The notes below the pieces were generated by a model. That model worked only from the letters and a program-made list of their open reading frames with translations, was not told the DNA's origin and ran no database searches. A DNA stretch of 53,858 nt from assembly GCA_900755995.1 (NCBI GenBank), contig CAAEIM010000076.1, positions 1 through 53,858 of the forward strand. The letters run 5' to 3'. This DNA is from Clostridia bacterium (GTDB lineage: Bacteria; Bacillota; Clostridia; Oscillospirales; Acutalibacteraceae). Position 1 is the first letter of the stretch; each line of letters starts with the position of its first letter. The position numbers and the translations under genes are program-made. Positions 19,128 through 29,978 of the stretch are shown piece after piece.

Positions 19128-20453
19128 TCAGGCATTATCATTAGTAGCCGCACCGCTGCTCTTGCTTTTGCTGAGCTCAATAAACCTTATTTGATTAACG
19201 CCCATAACATAGGCTGTTGTGTCTGAGGACAGAATGATTTTCTTTGAACCTGCACCGGTATCGGCTTCATACAGCTTTTCTCCGTTAGTATTATAAACAT
19301 TTGCAGTGTTGGCATCAAGCAGGGCAATTTTATTCTTATAAACTGAGATTGAGTCTGCCCTGCTCTCAGTATCAACCTTTGACTGCTGACTTCCGTTTGC
19401 ATCATACATATAAACAGAACAGCTTCTTCCGTCACCGCTTCTTGATAATGCCACTGCGTAAGACGAAGTATCCATATTAAAATAATAATTTGAGAGCGTC
19501 ATAGCTTCATATGAATTGGTAATGTACTTATCGTCACCTTTTTTTACAACATAAGAAGCTGAATTGCCCACAAGAGCAACCCTGTTGTCTGTAATATACT
19601 TACACGCAATAATCACATCGCCTTCAATTTTAATAATCTGCTCAGGCTCTTCCTTTGAAAAGTCAAGCAAATATACGGCTGAAACCACCTTACCGTTCTG
19701 CGTGGAAATGCCGCAGGCTGCGCAGGCAGTGCCGCTGCTGTTAAGTGTGACCGAAGTTATATAATATTCCGAAAAAGAATACTTGTATATTCTGTTATTG
19801 TCTTTATTATAAGCCAAAAGAACCGAGAGATAGCCGCTGCCCTCCGTAGCGATTGTATAAACACCGTTTGAAGCAATGTCAGCCGTATAAATATCATCAT
19901 CAGCATTTGCGGCAAAAAGCTGCTTGTCAAGTGAATTTATCTCATAGCCCTTGCCGCCTAAGTCATATGTAAGAAACATATTTTTGCTGTTGACAAGCAC
20001 AGGCTTTGAATATTTAAGCTGCGTACTGAATATATCACTTCCTGATGAATTTAAAGTGACAAAAGAAGTATCTGACGAATAAGCAATGTGTCCGTCTGAG
20101 AGTACAAAGTTATTCGCATTTATCTCTGTACCCGTTACATTTACAGGGTAGCCGTTGCCTGCATTTCCGAGCACGTCATATGTCCACCAGTTTGATATGC
20201 TCTCAGGCGAAAGTCTGTCTCTGTTTGCAAATGCAAAAACCACAAGGCCTGCCGCAAGCACAATACAAATTGAAATAATAATTTTCTTTACCGCCTGAGG
20301 CGACATTTCTGTTTTTTCAAGCTCATAATCCTCAAGAGGTACATCTTCATAACTCATTACGTTACGGTCTGTTTTCTTTGTTTTGGTTTCAACAAAGCGG
20401 TGACCTTTTGATTTAGACTTCTTTTTAGATTTATCAAATTTACCGGAAAACAT
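19128..20453 (-). CDS. Membrane-anchored beta-propeller-like protein (DUF5711-like)
   Basis: Single TM near aa 60-75, then repetitive beta-rich extracellular domain; adjacent to cvpA. Confidence 0.65.
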   Translation of the reverse strand: MFSGKFDKSKKKSKSKGHRFVETKTKKTDRNVMSYEDVPLEDYELEKTEMSPQAVKKIIISICIVLAAGLVVFAFANRDRLSPESISNWWTYDVLGNAGNGYPVNVTGTEINANNFVLSDGHIAYSSDTSFVTLNSSGSDIFSTQLKYSKPVLVNSKNMFLTYDLGGKGYEINSLDKQLFAANADDDIYTADIASNGVYTIATEGSGYLSVLLAYNKDNNRIYKYSFSEYYITSVTLNSSGTACAACGISTQNGKVVSAVYLLDFSKEEPEQIIKIEGDVIIACKYITDNRVALVGNSASYVVKKGDDKYITNSYEAMTLSNYYFNMDTSSYAVALSRSGDGRSCSVYMYDANGSQQSKVDTESRADSISVYKNKIALLDANTANVYNTNGEKLYEADTGAGSKKIILSSDTTAYVMGVNQIRFIELSKSKSSGAATNDNA

Positions 20454-20482
20454 TTCTGTTCCTCCCTAAGGTAAATAACCCC

Positions 20483-21250
20483 TTAATCATAATTAACCCT
20501 GTTAAGATACAGGCCACAGGGCTGTGCTGTAGGGCCTGCAAATTTTCTGTTCTTTTTTTCAATTATTTCTGAAATCCCGTCTGCCGGAATCTTCCCCTGC
20601 TGAATTCTTAAAAGAGTGCCGACCATAATCCTCACCATATTGTAAAGGAAGCCGTCAGCCTCAACCCTCATTATTACAAGATTACCTTCTCTGGTAACCG
20701 AAAAAGACTTTACAGTTCGTGTCATATCTCCCTTTTCTCTGCTGTCAAGCGTACAAAAAGAAGTAAAGTCGTGAGTACCGACATAAGCCTGAGCCGCTTC
20801 ATTGAGCATTTTTTCATCAAGCTTATATCTGTAATGAAGCGCATAGCCGTCAAGAAACGGATTTCGCACTTCATCATTCCAAATTTTATAAATATATTCC
20901 TTGCTTGTACAGTTGTACCTTGCATGAAAGCTGCTGTCAACCTCCACGCAGTCAAGAACTGCTATAGTCAGAGGAAGCCAGCGGTTAAGCGCCGCTTTCA
21001 GCCTCACCGCAGCTATAGGATGCGAGGTTTTAAGGCTGATACAATACATATTTGCGTGTACTCCGCTGTCTGTGCGGCTGCACCCTTTTAAATCAAAATC
21101 ATCACCGATAATTTTACTCAGTGCATTTTGAAAGGCTTCCTGCACGGTCATAGCGTTATTTTGAATCTGCCAGCCGTGGAACTGCCTGCCGTCATATGAA
21201 ATTGTAAGCTTAAAATTTTTTAAAGAACAGCAGGTATCAATATGTTGCAT
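20483..21250 (-). CDS. truA: tRNA pseudouridine(38-40) synthase
   Basis: YDGRQFHGWQ, SRTDSGVHA, FLYNMVR, GLYL; start uncertain (ATG 21250 has GGAG upstream). Confidence 0.95.
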   Translation of the reverse strand: MQHIDTCCSLKNFKLTISYDGRQFHGWQIQNNAMTVQEAFQNALSKIIGDDFDLKGCSRTDSGVHANMYCISLKTSHPIAAVRLKAALNRWLPLTIAVLDCVEVDSSFHARYNCTSKEYIYKIWNDEVRNPFLDGYALHYRYKLDEKMLNEAAQAYVGTHDFTSFCTLDSREKGDMTRTVKSFSVTREGNLVIMRVEADGFLYNMVRIMVGTLLRIQQGKIPADGISEIIEKKNRKFAGPTAQPCGLYLNRVNYD

Positions 21251-22032
21251 ATTACCACTCCGCATACTAAAAATCCAACGGCAATCATTGAAATTATATC
21301 CCGTTTTTCAATATGAATTATTTTCATTCTTGTTCTGCCTTCCCCGCCGTGATAACAGCGGCACTCCATTGCCGTGGCAAGGTCATACGCCCTCCTGAAA
21401 GACGAGACAAAAAGCGGAACGAGAATAGGAATAAGTGCCTTAATTCTTGTAATCACATTTCCTGCCTCAAGGTCTGCCCCTCTTGCCTTTTGCGACTGTG
21501 TAATTTTGTCGGTTTCTTCAAGCAGGGTGGGTACAAATCTGAGCGCCAGCGACATCATCATTGCGATTTCATGCACAGGAAAATGCAGTTTATTCAGCGG
21601 CTTCATAAGCCTTTCTATTGCGTCCGTAAGCTCTGTAGGCGAGGTAGTAAAGGTGAGCACTGAGCTTGCAAGGATAAGGCATATAATTCGTACCGTAACA
21701 AATATCGCACGGTTAATGCCGTTTACCGTTAATCTTATGATACCCCATTGCCAGATCGGCTCTCCCGTACCGTAAAACAGGTTTAAAACAGAGGTGATAA
21801 TCACTATAAAAATTATGACCTTAAGGCTCTTAAAATAAAATTTTACGGGTACTCCGCTCATCAGCACTACAGCCACAGTTGACGCAGCAACAAGTGCAAG
21901 CGAAACATAGTTAAAGGTGCAGAACACTATAACCAGAAATGCAATAAGCATTATGATTTTAGCCCTCGGGTCAAGCCTGTGAATAAGACTTTTGGCGGGG
22001 AAATACTGTCCAAATGTTACATCTCTGAGCAT
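21220..22032 (-). CDS. ecfT: ECF transporter transmembrane component T
   Basis: LDPRAK, ALRFVPTL, QKARG, AMECRCY. Confidence 0.93.
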   Translation of the reverse strand: MLRDVTFGQYFPAKSLIHRLDPRAKIIMLIAFLVIVFCTFNYVSLALVAASTVAVVLMSGVPVKFYFKSLKVIIFIVIITSVLNLFYGTGEPIWQWGIIRLTVNGINRAIFVTVRIICLILASSVLTFTTSPTELTDAIERLMKPLNKLHFPVHEIAMMMSLALRFVPTLLEETDKITQSQKARGADLEAGNVITRIKALIPILVPLFVSSFRRAYDLATAMECRCYHGGEGRTRMKIIHIEKRDIISMIAVGFLVCGVVICNILIPAVL

Positions 22033-22892
22033 TATACTTCCTCCCTTTTTATAAGCGGAAGAAGGTACTCAATCGCCGCATCTACAGTCAGTATGCCCTC
22101 AGGCACAGCTATTCCCCTTTTTCTGAGCTGTGACATAATTTTTGTAATCTGTGGAATACACAGTCCTATTTTTTCAAGCTCCTCTCCCTTGGCAAAAATC
22201 TTTTGAGTTTCATCAAACATAACAAGCTTTGATTTATTCATAACTAAAATTCTGTCAGCCACACGGGCAATGTCCTCCATACTGTGAGAAACAAGCAGAA
22301 CCGTATTTTTTCTTTCCTTATGATAATTAACAATCTGAGTCAGAAGCACATCTCTGCCCATCGGGTCAAGTCCTGCCGCAGGTTCGTCAAGCACAAGCAC
22401 ATCGGGATCCATTGCCATTACTCCGGCAATGGCGGCTCTGCGCTTTTCGCCTCCCGACAAATCGAACGGAGATTTTTCTAAAAGCTCTTCCTTTAGCCCT
22501 GTAAACCTTGCGGCTTTATAAACCTCATTTTTAATTTCATCTTCGGAAAGTCCTTTGTTTCTCGGGCCGAAAGCTATGTCCTTGTACACCGTTTCTTCAA
22601 AAAGCTGATATTCAGGGTACTGAAAAACCATACCGACCTTAAAGCGAATTTTACGGATTTCCTTTGGCTTTTCCCAAATATCCTTTCCATCGAGCAAAAC
22701 CTGACCGCTTGTAGGCTTTATCAGCCCGTTAAGCATCTGCACAAGCGTTGACTTGCCGGAACCTGTATGTCCGATAATGCCGATAAGCTCGCCTTCATTG
22801 ACAGAAAAGCTCACATCATTGACCGCCTTTTTTTCAAACGGCGTGTCAATACCATAGGTGTAACAAATATTCTTTAGCTCAAGGATACTCAT
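22032..22892 (-). CDS. ecfA2: ECF transporter ATPase A2
   Basis: [29 protein letters not shown] 22892 overlaps the ecfA1 stop. Confidence 0.93.
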   Translation of the reverse strand: MSILELKNICYTYGIDTPFEKKAVNDVSFSVNEGELIGIIGHTGSGKSTLVQMLNGLIKPTSGQVLLDGKDIWEKPKEIRKIRFKVGMVFQYPEYQLFEETVYKDIAFGPRNKGLSEDEIKNEVYKAARFTGLKEELLEKSPFDLSGGEKRRAAIAGVMAMDPDVLVLDEPAAGLDPMGRDVLLTQIVNYHKERKNTVLLVSHSMEDIARVADRILVMNKSKLVMFDETQKIFAKGEELEKIGLCIPQITKIMSQLRKRGIAVPEGILTVDAAIEYLLPLIKREEV

Positions 22893-23734
22893 TTCAGCAC
22901 CTCCATAAGCAAATCGACACATTCATCCGCTTCAAGCGGCAATCCGTCAATTTTTGCACCATAGCCTATAAGTCGGTAAACAAGCTCTGTTGCCTGAGGA
23001 ACATCGAGTCTGTGCTTTTTTAAAAGCTCAACCTGAGCAAATACCTTTTCGGGCGTTCCGTCTGTAAGAACCTTTCCGCTGTTCATAACTACCACTCGGT
23101 CAGCAAGCACAGCTTCGTCCATATAATGAGTTATCAGCACAATGGTTATGCCCTTTTCTCTGTTGAGCTTTAAAAGGGTGGACATAACCTCTTTCCTGCC
23201 GTTCGGGTCAAGCATAGCCGTTGGCTCATCAAGCACAATACAATCGGGCTGCATAGCGAGCACTCCCGCTATAGCCACCCTCTGCTTTTGACCGCCCGAA
23301 AGCTTGTACGGAGCGTCCTTGCGAAATTCGTACATACCAACAATCCTTAAAGCCTCGTCAACTCTTTTTCTTATTTCGGCAGGTTCAACTCCGAGATTTT
23401 CCGGACCAAAAGCCACATCCTCCTCAACAACGCTTGCTACAAGCTGATTATCGGGATTTTGCAGCACAAGTCCTACTTTTTTTCTTATTTCAAAGGTTTT
23501 GTCCTCGTCCGAGGTATCGTCGCCGTCAACAATCACCCTGCCGCTGTCGGGCACAAGCATTGCATTAAGGTGCTTTGCCACAGTTGATTTTCCGCAGCCG
23601 TTATGACCGAGCAGAGCCACAAACTCGCCCTTTTTTATATTTAAAGAAACACCGTCAACGGCATTTTTTACAGTACCGCCCTCATCCTCAGACTCATATG
23701 AAAACACTATATTCTCAATAGAAATAAAATCCAT
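22889..23734 (-). CDS. ecfA1: ECF transporter ATPase A1
   Basis: [23 protein letters not shown]. Confidence 0.93.
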   Translation of the reverse strand: MDFISIENIVFSYESEDEGGTVKNAVDGVSLNIKKGEFVALLGHNGCGKSTVAKHLNAMLVPDSGRVIVDGDDTSDEDKTFEIRKKVGLVLQNPDNQLVASVVEEDVAFGPENLGVEPAEIRKRVDEALRIVGMYEFRKDAPYKLSGGQKQRVAIAGVLAMQPDCIVLDEPTAMLDPNGRKEVMSTLLKLNREKGITIVLITHYMDEAVLADRVVVMNSGKVLTDGTPEKVFAQVELLKKHRLDVPQATELVYRLIGYGAKIDGLPLEADECVDLLMEVLK

Positions 23735-23737
23735 TAA

Positions 23738-24601
23738 TTATTTCTCCCAAATAGCTGTTGAACCGCACGGCAAAACCAGCCCTTTGTCAGTTACACGCAG
23801 CCCGATTTCATCGCTTGAAACCTTACCGCCAAATTTTGTTTTAAGCAATACTCCAAGCAGAAATTCCATTACTGCCGGAGAGAGTCCCGTGGTGTAGGAA
23901 TTTAAAATAAAGAAAACCGGATTGTCAGACAACACCTGACTGCAAAGCTCAACTAAAGGATAAAGCTGTTCCTCTAATTTCCAAACCTCGCCGCCGGGGC
24001 CTCTGCCGTATGACGGGGGATCCATAATGATGCCGTCATATCGGTTGCCTCTCCTGATTTCACGCTGTACAAATTTAACGCAGTCATCAACAATCCATCT
24101 TACAGGTCTGTCGGCAATTTTGCTTGAAACAGCGTTTTCTTTTGCCCACTGCACCATACCTTTTGAAGCGTCAACATGGCAAACGCTTGCGCCTGCTTTC
24201 ATACACGAAAGGGTAGCACAGCCTGTGTAGCCAAAAAGATTAAGTATTTTCAGAGGTCTGCCCTCATTTTTTATTTTTTCAGCGGCAAAATCCCAATTAA
24301 CAGCCTGCTCCGGAAAAACTCCGGTGTGCTTAAAGCCCATAGGCTTTATGTTAAATGTAAGGCTGCCGTAATTTATACTCCACTGCAAAGGAAGCTTTTT
24401 ATACTGCTCCCATCTGCCGCCGCCCTTGTTGCTGCGATGATAACGTGCATGGGCAGAATACCAAAGCGGATTTTTCTTTTCTGTTGACCAGATAATCTGC
24501 GGATCGGGACGAATTAAAATCACATTGCCCCAACGCTCAAGACGCTCTCCGTCAGAAGCGTCAATAAGCTCATAATCCTTCCAATTTACAGATAAACGCA
24601 T
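23738..24601 (-). CDS. Class I SAM-dependent methyltransferase (RlmI/RlmK-like)
   Basis: HTGVFPEQ, LNLFGYTG, HVDAS, IIMDPPSY; ATG overlaps the glmM stop (TAATG). Confidence 0.88.
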   Translation of the reverse strand: MRLSVNWKDYELIDASDGERLERWGNVILIRPDPQIIWSTEKKNPLWYSAHARYHRSNKGGGRWEQYKKLPLQWSINYGSLTFNIKPMGFKHTGVFPEQAVNWDFAAEKIKNEGRPLKILNLFGYTGCATLSCMKAGASVCHVDASKGMVQWAKENAVSSKIADRPVRWIVDDCVKFVQREIRRGNRYDGIIMDPPSYGRGPGGEVWKLEEQLYPLVELCSQVLSDNPVFFILNSYTTGLSPAVMEFLLGVLLKTKFGGKVSSDEIGLRVTDKGLVLPCGSTAIWEK

Positions 24602-25950
24602 TATGCCAATCTTTCCCTTACTACCTGTGCTGCTTCTTCTGCAAGACACTGAATCTGCTCAAGATTTTCGCCCTCAAGCATTACCCTTACAAGCGGCTCG
24701 GTTCCCGATACACGGATTAAAATTCTGCCTGTTTCGCCGAGCACCTCAGTAACACGCTTGATTTCTGCCTTGATTTCCTTGTCTGTGTAGAATGAAAGCT
24801 TGCCCTCGTTGCTCACCTTAACATTAATAAGCACCTGCGGATAACGCTCCATCACATTTGCAAGACTGCTGAGCTTTTCGCCTGTGCGCTTCATAATTGA
24901 AAGCACCATTGCACCTGAAAGCTCACCGTCACCCGTTGTTGAATAATCAAGGAAAATAATATGACCGCTCTGCTCGCCGCCGATGTTGTAGCCGTGCTGA
25001 AGCATTGATTCAAGCACATAGCGGTCGCCCACCTTTGTGGAAACAAAGTCAATATCATTTGCCTCACAGAACTTTGAAAAGCCCATATTTGTCATAATAG
25101 TTCCGACAGCCGTATTCTTTTTGAGCTTGCCGTTTTTCTTCATATCGTTAGCGCAGATTGCGATAAGGAAGTCGCCGTCAACCAAACTGCCGTTTTCATC
25201 AACCGCAAGGCATCTGTCTGCGTCACCGTCAAATGCAAGACCTGCGCAAAGCTTATTTTCACAGACATACTCCTGAAGCCTTTCAATGTGAGTAGAACCG
25301 CAGTCCTTATTGATATTGATTCCGTCAGGCTTGTCAAACAGCATATGCACCTTTACGCCGAGCTTTGTAAAAAGCTTTTCGGCAGTTCTTGAAGATGAGC
25401 CGTTTGAACAGTCAAGTGCAACCTCCATACCGCTGAGGTCTTCTCCTACAGAAGCTACTATATGGTCAATATAGTCATCAACAGCAGTTTCAAGGGTTTC
25501 TACTCTGCCGATTTCCTCATCCTTAACTACAGCATAAGGAACAACATTGTCAAGCACAATTTCCTCAATTCTGTTTTCAAGGTCATCGGGGAGCTTGTAA
25601 CCCTCGGAACTGAAAATTTTAATTCCGTTAAACTCAAAAGGATTGTGAGATGCCGAAATCATAACTCCTGCGTCTGCGCCGTATTTCTTTACAAGATAAG
25701 CTACCGCCGGAGTAGGAACAACTCCTAACAGCTTTACATTTGCTCCGACTGAGCAAAGACCTGCAATAAGAGCACCCTCAAGCATATCTCCCGAAAGTCT
25801 TGTGTCCTTGCCGATAAGAATGGTGGGATGTTTAATTTCATCATTTACAAGCACCATAGCTGCCGCCCTGCCTATATTCATTGCAAGCTCGGCTGTGAGC
25901 TCTTCATTAGCTACGCCTCTTGCTCCGTCTGTACCAAAAAGTCTGCCCAT
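24601..25950 (-). CDS. glmM: Phosphoglucosamine mutase
   Basis: LFGTDG, ISASHNP, FDGDADR, GGEQSGH, RVSGTEP. Confidence 0.96.
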   Translation of the reverse strand: MGRLFGTDGARGVANEELTAELAMNIGRAAAMVLVNDEIKHPTILIGKDTRLSGDMLEGALIAGLCSVGANVKLLGVVPTPAVAYLVKKYGADAGVMISASHNPFEFNGIKIFSSEGYKLPDDLENRIEEIVLDNVVPYAVVKDEEIGRVETLETAVDDYIDHIVASVGEDLSGMEVALDCSNGSSSRTAEKLFTKLGVKVHMLFDKPDGININKDCGSTHIERLQEYVCENKLCAGLAFDGDADRCLAVDENGSLVDGDFLIAICANDMKKNGKLKKNTAVGTIMTNMGFSKFCEANDIDFVSTKVGDRYVLESMLQHGYNIGGEQSGHIIFLDYSTTGDGELSGAMVLSIMKRTGEKLSSLANVMERYPQVLINVKVSNEGKLSFYTDKEIKAEIKRVTEVLGETGRILIRVSGTEPLVRVMLEGENLEQIQCLAEEAAQVVRERLA

Positions 25951-25995
25951 AATTGTGATTCCTCCAAATACATCATTATATATAGTTTAAGAAGT

Positions 25996-27081
25996 TTAAG
26001 AATTTTTATCAAAAAGATTCGGCTGCGTAGGCATTGCATTTACTGCGCCCTTTGGAAAATCATATCCAAGATGACGGCAGGCAGCCGCTGTAATACATCT
26101 GCCTCTGGGAGTTCTGCTTAAAAAGCCAATCTGCAAAAGATAAGGCTCATAAACGTCCTCAATAGTGACAGCTTCTTCACCGATAGCCGCTGCAAGAGTT
26201 TCAACTCCCACAGGCCCTCCGTTATAAAAATTAAGTATAGCCTCAAGAAGCCGTCTGTCGTTTCTGTCAAGTCCCAGCTCGTCAATCTCAAGTCGGTCGA
26301 GCGCAAGTCTTGCTGTGTCACAAGTGATAACGCCATCGGACATTACCTGAGCAAAGTCACGCACACGCTTTAACAGTCTGTTGGCTATTCTCGGCGTACC
26401 TCTTGAACGTGAGGCAATTTCAAGTGCGCCGTCATTTTCAATTTCTATGCCGAGAATACCTGCGCTTCTTGTTACTATCTCAGAAAGCTGTTCGGGAGTA
26501 TAAAGTTCAAGTCGAAGTATTACTCCAAAACGGTCACGCAAAGGTGCGGTAAGCTGTCCTGCCCTTGTGGTAGCACCTACAAGTGTAAACTTAGGAAGCG
26601 GCAAATGATATGACGCCGCCATCTGTCCCTTGCCTGTTATAATATCTATCGAAAAATCCTCCATTGAGGGGTAGAGAATCTCCTCCACCGAACGGCTCAA
26701 TCTATGGATTTCGTCTATAAAAAGTACATCTCCCTGATTAAGGTTAGTAAGCAGCGCCGCAAGGTCACCGGGTTTTTCTATTGCAGGACCGGAGGTAATT
26801 CTCAGCGATACTCCGAGTTCATTTGCAATAATACCTGCAAGAGTAGTTTTGCCGAGTCCCGGAGGGCCGTACAAAAGCACATGGTCAAGCGACTCTCCTC
26901 TTATCTTTGCAGCTTCAATAAAAACCTTGAGGTTTTCCTTTGCCGTTTCCTGCCCTATGTATTCAGACAGAGTTTTCGGACGCAGGGGATTATCTCCCTC
27001 AACCGTATCCTCAGGAATTTCAGACGTATCAAGTATTCTGTTTTCAAAGTCAAATTCATCCGAAAATTCAGGCTTGCTCAT
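25996..27081 (-). CDS. ruvB: Holliday junction DNA helicase RuvB
   Basis: [36 protein letters not shown]. Confidence 0.97.
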   Translation of the reverse strand: MSKPEFSDEFDFENRILDTSEIPEDTVEGDNPLRPKTLSEYIGQETAKENLKVFIEAAKIRGESLDHVLLYGPPGLGKTTLAGIIANELGVSLRITSGPAIEKPGDLAALLTNLNQGDVLFIDEIHRLSRSVEEILYPSMEDFSIDIITGKGQMAASYHLPLPKFTLVGATTRAGQLTAPLRDRFGVILRLELYTPEQLSEIVTRSAGILGIEIENDGALEIASRSRGTPRIANRLLKRVRDFAQVMSDGVITCDTARLALDRLEIDELGLDRNDRRLLEAILNFYNGGPVGVETLAAAIGEEAVTIEDVYEPYLLQIGFLSRTPRGRCITAAACRHLGYDFPKGAVNAMPTQPNLFDKNS

Positions 27082-27084
27082 TTA

Positions 27085-27675
27085 TCAATTTCTTCCCATC
27101 TGCTTTAAAGTCATTGCTATAAGCTGTTCTACAGGCAAGCTTGCGTCAAGCGTAGCTAAAATCGGCGACACCTCGGCAGGAGTGTAACCAAGCACTCCGA
27201 GCGCCTCAATAGCCTTTGGCACATTTCCGCTGACCGCCTGCGGCATACTCACTCCGCTTTGCTGCGACTGTGCTGACTTTGCAAGCTTGTCCTTCAGTTC
27301 AAGAATAATGCGCTGAGCTATTTTTTTGCCAATGCCCTGCGCCCTGGTAATTGTTTTAATATCATCCGTTGCAACAGCCATTGCAACCTGCTCCGCCGTA
27401 AGCTCAGACAGAATAGAAAGTCCCGCTTTAGGGCCTACTCCGCTCACGCTGACGAGGGTTTTAAATGTTGCAAGCTCGCTCTGTGTGGCAAAGCCAAACA
27501 AATCCACTGCATCCTCACGCACATTAAGGTAGGTATAAAGCATTACCTCGCTGTTAAGCTTGAGGGATTTGAGTGTGTTCATCGTTGTCTGACAAAGATA
27601 TCCTACTCCGCCGCATTCTACTACTGCAGCAGAATTTTCTGTATGTATAAGCTTTCCTCTCAGCGAATAAATCAT
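27085..27675 (-). CDS. ruvA: Holliday junction branch migration protein RuvA
   Basis: GGVGY, VREDA, HhH motifs VSGVGPK and GIGKKIAQRI. Confidence 0.96.
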   Translation of the reverse strand: MIYSLRGKLIHTENSAAVVECGGVGYLCQTTMNTLKSLKLNSEVMLYTYLNVREDAVDLFGFATQSELATFKTLVSVSGVGPKAGLSILSELTAEQVAMAVATDDIKTITRAQGIGKKIAQRIILELKDKLAKSAQSQQSGVSMPQAVSGNVPKAIEALGVLGYTPAEVSPILATLDASLPVEQLIAMTLKQMGRN

Positions 27676-28184
27676 AAAATTTCTCTCCCCTCAAACATTT
27701 TTCTCCTCAGCTCGGAGCCTGCCGCCTGTGCGTGGCAGATTGAAATTGCAAGTGCGTCTGCCGTATCATCAGGCTTTGGAACTTCTGCAAGGTTTAAAAG
27801 TCTGCGGGTCATCTCCATAACCTGAGGTTTTTTTGCCTGTCCGTAGCCTGTAACAGCGGTTTTCACCTGCAAAGGCGTGTATTCATAAATCGGAATATTC
27901 AGCTTTTGCGCAGCAAGCAGTATAACTCCCCTTGCTTCTGCAACCATAATGGCGGTTTTCTGGTTATTCTGAAAATATAATTTTTCAATGGCGAGAGCAT
28001 CCGGACGGCAACGGTTAAGTACAGAGTAAATCTCATCATAAATATACTCAAGTCTGCGGTTAAAATCAATTCCCGCCTGCGTTTCTACTGCACCGTAGCC
28101 AAGCGCCTTATAGGTATTTGCTTTAAAGCTGATTGCTCCCCATCCGACTATTGCATAGCCGGGGTCAATCCCGAAAATTACCAA
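27672..28184 (-). CDS. ruvC: Crossover junction endodeoxyribonuclease RuvC
   Basis: GIDPG, EARG, EYTPLQVK, DDTADALA; TTG start. Confidence 0.96.
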   Translation of the reverse strand: MVIFGIDPGYAIVGWGAISFKANTYKALGYGAVETQAGIDFNRRLEYIYDEIYSVLNRCRPDALAIEKLYFQNNQKTAIMVAEARGVILLAAQKLNIPIYEYTPLQVKTAVTGYGQAKKPQVMEMTRRLLNLAEVPKPDDTADALAISICHAQAAGSELRRKMFEGREIL

Positions 28185-28319
28185 ATAACTGCCTCCAAAT
28201 TATAGCACAGGAATTTTTGCCTATACTACTACATAATAAGCTTTATTATAACACAAAACAATCTATTTATCAATAAAAATGCCCCTGATTTCAAAATATC
28301 CATATAATATACATATTTT

Positions 28320-28673
28320 TTATTTTACTTTCTCAATTTCAATTTCATTTTGGCAATATTTTAGATTAAGTTTGTTGCCGTTCACCGTATAACCAAAGCT
28401 ATAGCTCTGTTTAAATTCATCGTTAAATATCATAAAGCTGTTATCGTCAATCGCATAATATCCTTTTATAGCAATTTCATCGTTTCCCGATTTCAGCTTT
28501 AAATTCGCTGCGTTTTCAGAAAATTCAAGGCTTACCTCTGCGCCGCCCTTAAGCTTTCCGTACCATTTTTCGCTCGTAAGCTCATAGCTTTCCCCCGATG
28601 TATCAGTTGTGCAGGAACAAAGGGCAAGGCAACTTATAATTAGAACAAAGGCAAAAAGCTTTTTCATAAACAT
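28320..28673 (-). CDS. Hypothetical lipoprotein
   Basis: MKK + hydrophobic stretch + LCSC lipobox; RBS AGGAGAG. Confidence 0.7.
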   Translation of the reverse strand: MFMKKLFAFVLIISCLALCSCTTDTSGESYELTSEKWYGKLKGGAEVSLEFSENAANLKLKSGNDEIAIKGYYAIDDNSFMIFNDEFKQSYSFGYTVNGNKLNLKYCQNEIEIEKVK

Positions 28674-28815
28674 CTCTCCTCTCTCCTACAAATGTATTAC
28701 ATAAAAGATTTTATTATGACGCCTTACAGTTTTGTTATTTTTCTTGAAAAGCATAATGTAATTGTGTATAGTATATATGTATAAAATTTTACAAAATAAC
28801 AGCGGAGGGATTATT

Positions 28816-29823
28816 TTGCAGTTTGAATATACCGAACCACATAAAATTTTTGAAGAATCAGGAGAGGTAATGAGTGCAGGCTGGGCAAGAAAGCCTTATC
28901 TGATTTTAAACAAGGAACAAAGCCGCCAGCTAAGGCACATTAAGGAAAGTATAGTTTATTTTTTCAGCAACAGCGAGGTTTCACTTTATATTGCCGCAGA
29001 AAATACAGGTATTGACTTTTATATTAAAATTGCGCTTGCAAACCTAAAAAGTGGCAGTGTAGTTTCTGATTATGTAAGCAAAAGACAGCTTTTTGGAAAA
29101 AGTGAGCTGCCTGAGGATAAGGAAAACTCACAGCTCATCTTTTCGGACAAGCGCATTGAATTTGCACTTGTTAAAGTAAAAAACGAGCGAACTGTAAAAT
29201 GTAATTTTTATGATTTCGGCGGCAAATCGGATTTAAGCTTTGAAATTAATATTGACAGCAAGAGCGGAGATATTCTCGACCAAATCGCTCCGTTTGAGCG
29301 TGACAGAAAATATTTTTACCACAAACGCTTTATGCCGACCTTATGCGGAGAGGGAACAATTAATTTCGGAGCGGAAAAATATGTGCTAAATAAATCCGAC
29401 ACTGCGGTTTACATTGACCGCACCTGTTATTCAAAACCAAGACTTCACAGCTATCAGCGTCTGACAGCCGACTATATGAAGGGGGACAACAGATTTTCAC
29501 TTTGCCTTGCCAGCCGAGTGGGCGATAACCGCAACGGCAGTGAAAACAGCTTCTTTCTGAACGGAGAGCTAAACAAGCTGTATAAAATTGAGGTCAACAA
29601 TAACGACGGCAGAATAGACCGTCCGTGGTATTTTAAGGGTGGAATTGAAGCTGTTGACATTATATTTAAGCCAAACAAAATTGGCAAAATCGCTATGACT
29701 ACCCAGATGGAAAATACAGCCGTCACTTTTGGTGTATTATATGGCAAACTTAAACGATATGACTACAGTGCTCCGCTTGTACTTGATAATATTCCGGCTC
29801 ATATGGTGTTTAATGAATTTTAG
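28816..29823 (+). CDS. Hypothetical protein, DUF2804-like
   Basis: GWARKP N-terminal motif, ENSFFLNG; GGAGG before TTG 28816. Confidence 0.6.
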   Translation: MQFEYTEPHKIFEESGEVMSAGWARKPYLILNKEQSRQLRHIKESIVYFFSNSEVSLYIAAENTGIDFYIKIALANLKSGSVVSDYVSKRQLFGKSELPEDKENSQLIFSDKRIEFALVKVKNERTVKCNFYDFGGKSDLSFEINIDSKSGDILDQIAPFERDRKYFYHKRFMPTLCGEGTINFGAEKYVLNKSDTAVYIDRTCYSKPRLHSYQRLTADYMKGDNRFSLCLASRVGDNRNGSENSFFLNGELNKLYKIEVNNNDGRIDRPWYFKGGIEAVDIIFKPNKIGKIAMTTQMENTAVTFGVLYGKLKRYDYSAPLVLDNIPAHMVFNEF

Positions 29824-29920
29824 CAATCGGTGGGGTGCACTTATCCAAGCGGACAATATCGTATAAATATGTACTTTTGTATCCAACTGCTTCCGAGCAG
29901 TTTCACATAAAGTAAAAAAC
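29823..29920 (+). repeat. Dispersed structured intergenic repeat, copy 1 (degenerate)
   Basis: 25 of 30 identity over the first 30 nt with 43123-43152; shared ACTTTT, TGCT..GCAGTT and AGTAAAAAAC blocks. Confidence 0.7.
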
Positions 29921-29956
29921 AGCTTTGACTTGCACAATAAAGTCAAAGCTGTTTTT
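29915..29956. terminator. Bidirectional terminator
   Basis: 17-bp perfect stem AAAAACAGCTTTGACTT / AAGTCAAAGCTGTTTTT between convergent genes. Confidence 0.85.
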
Positions 29957-29978
29957 ATATCTCTTTTACTGATTATAA

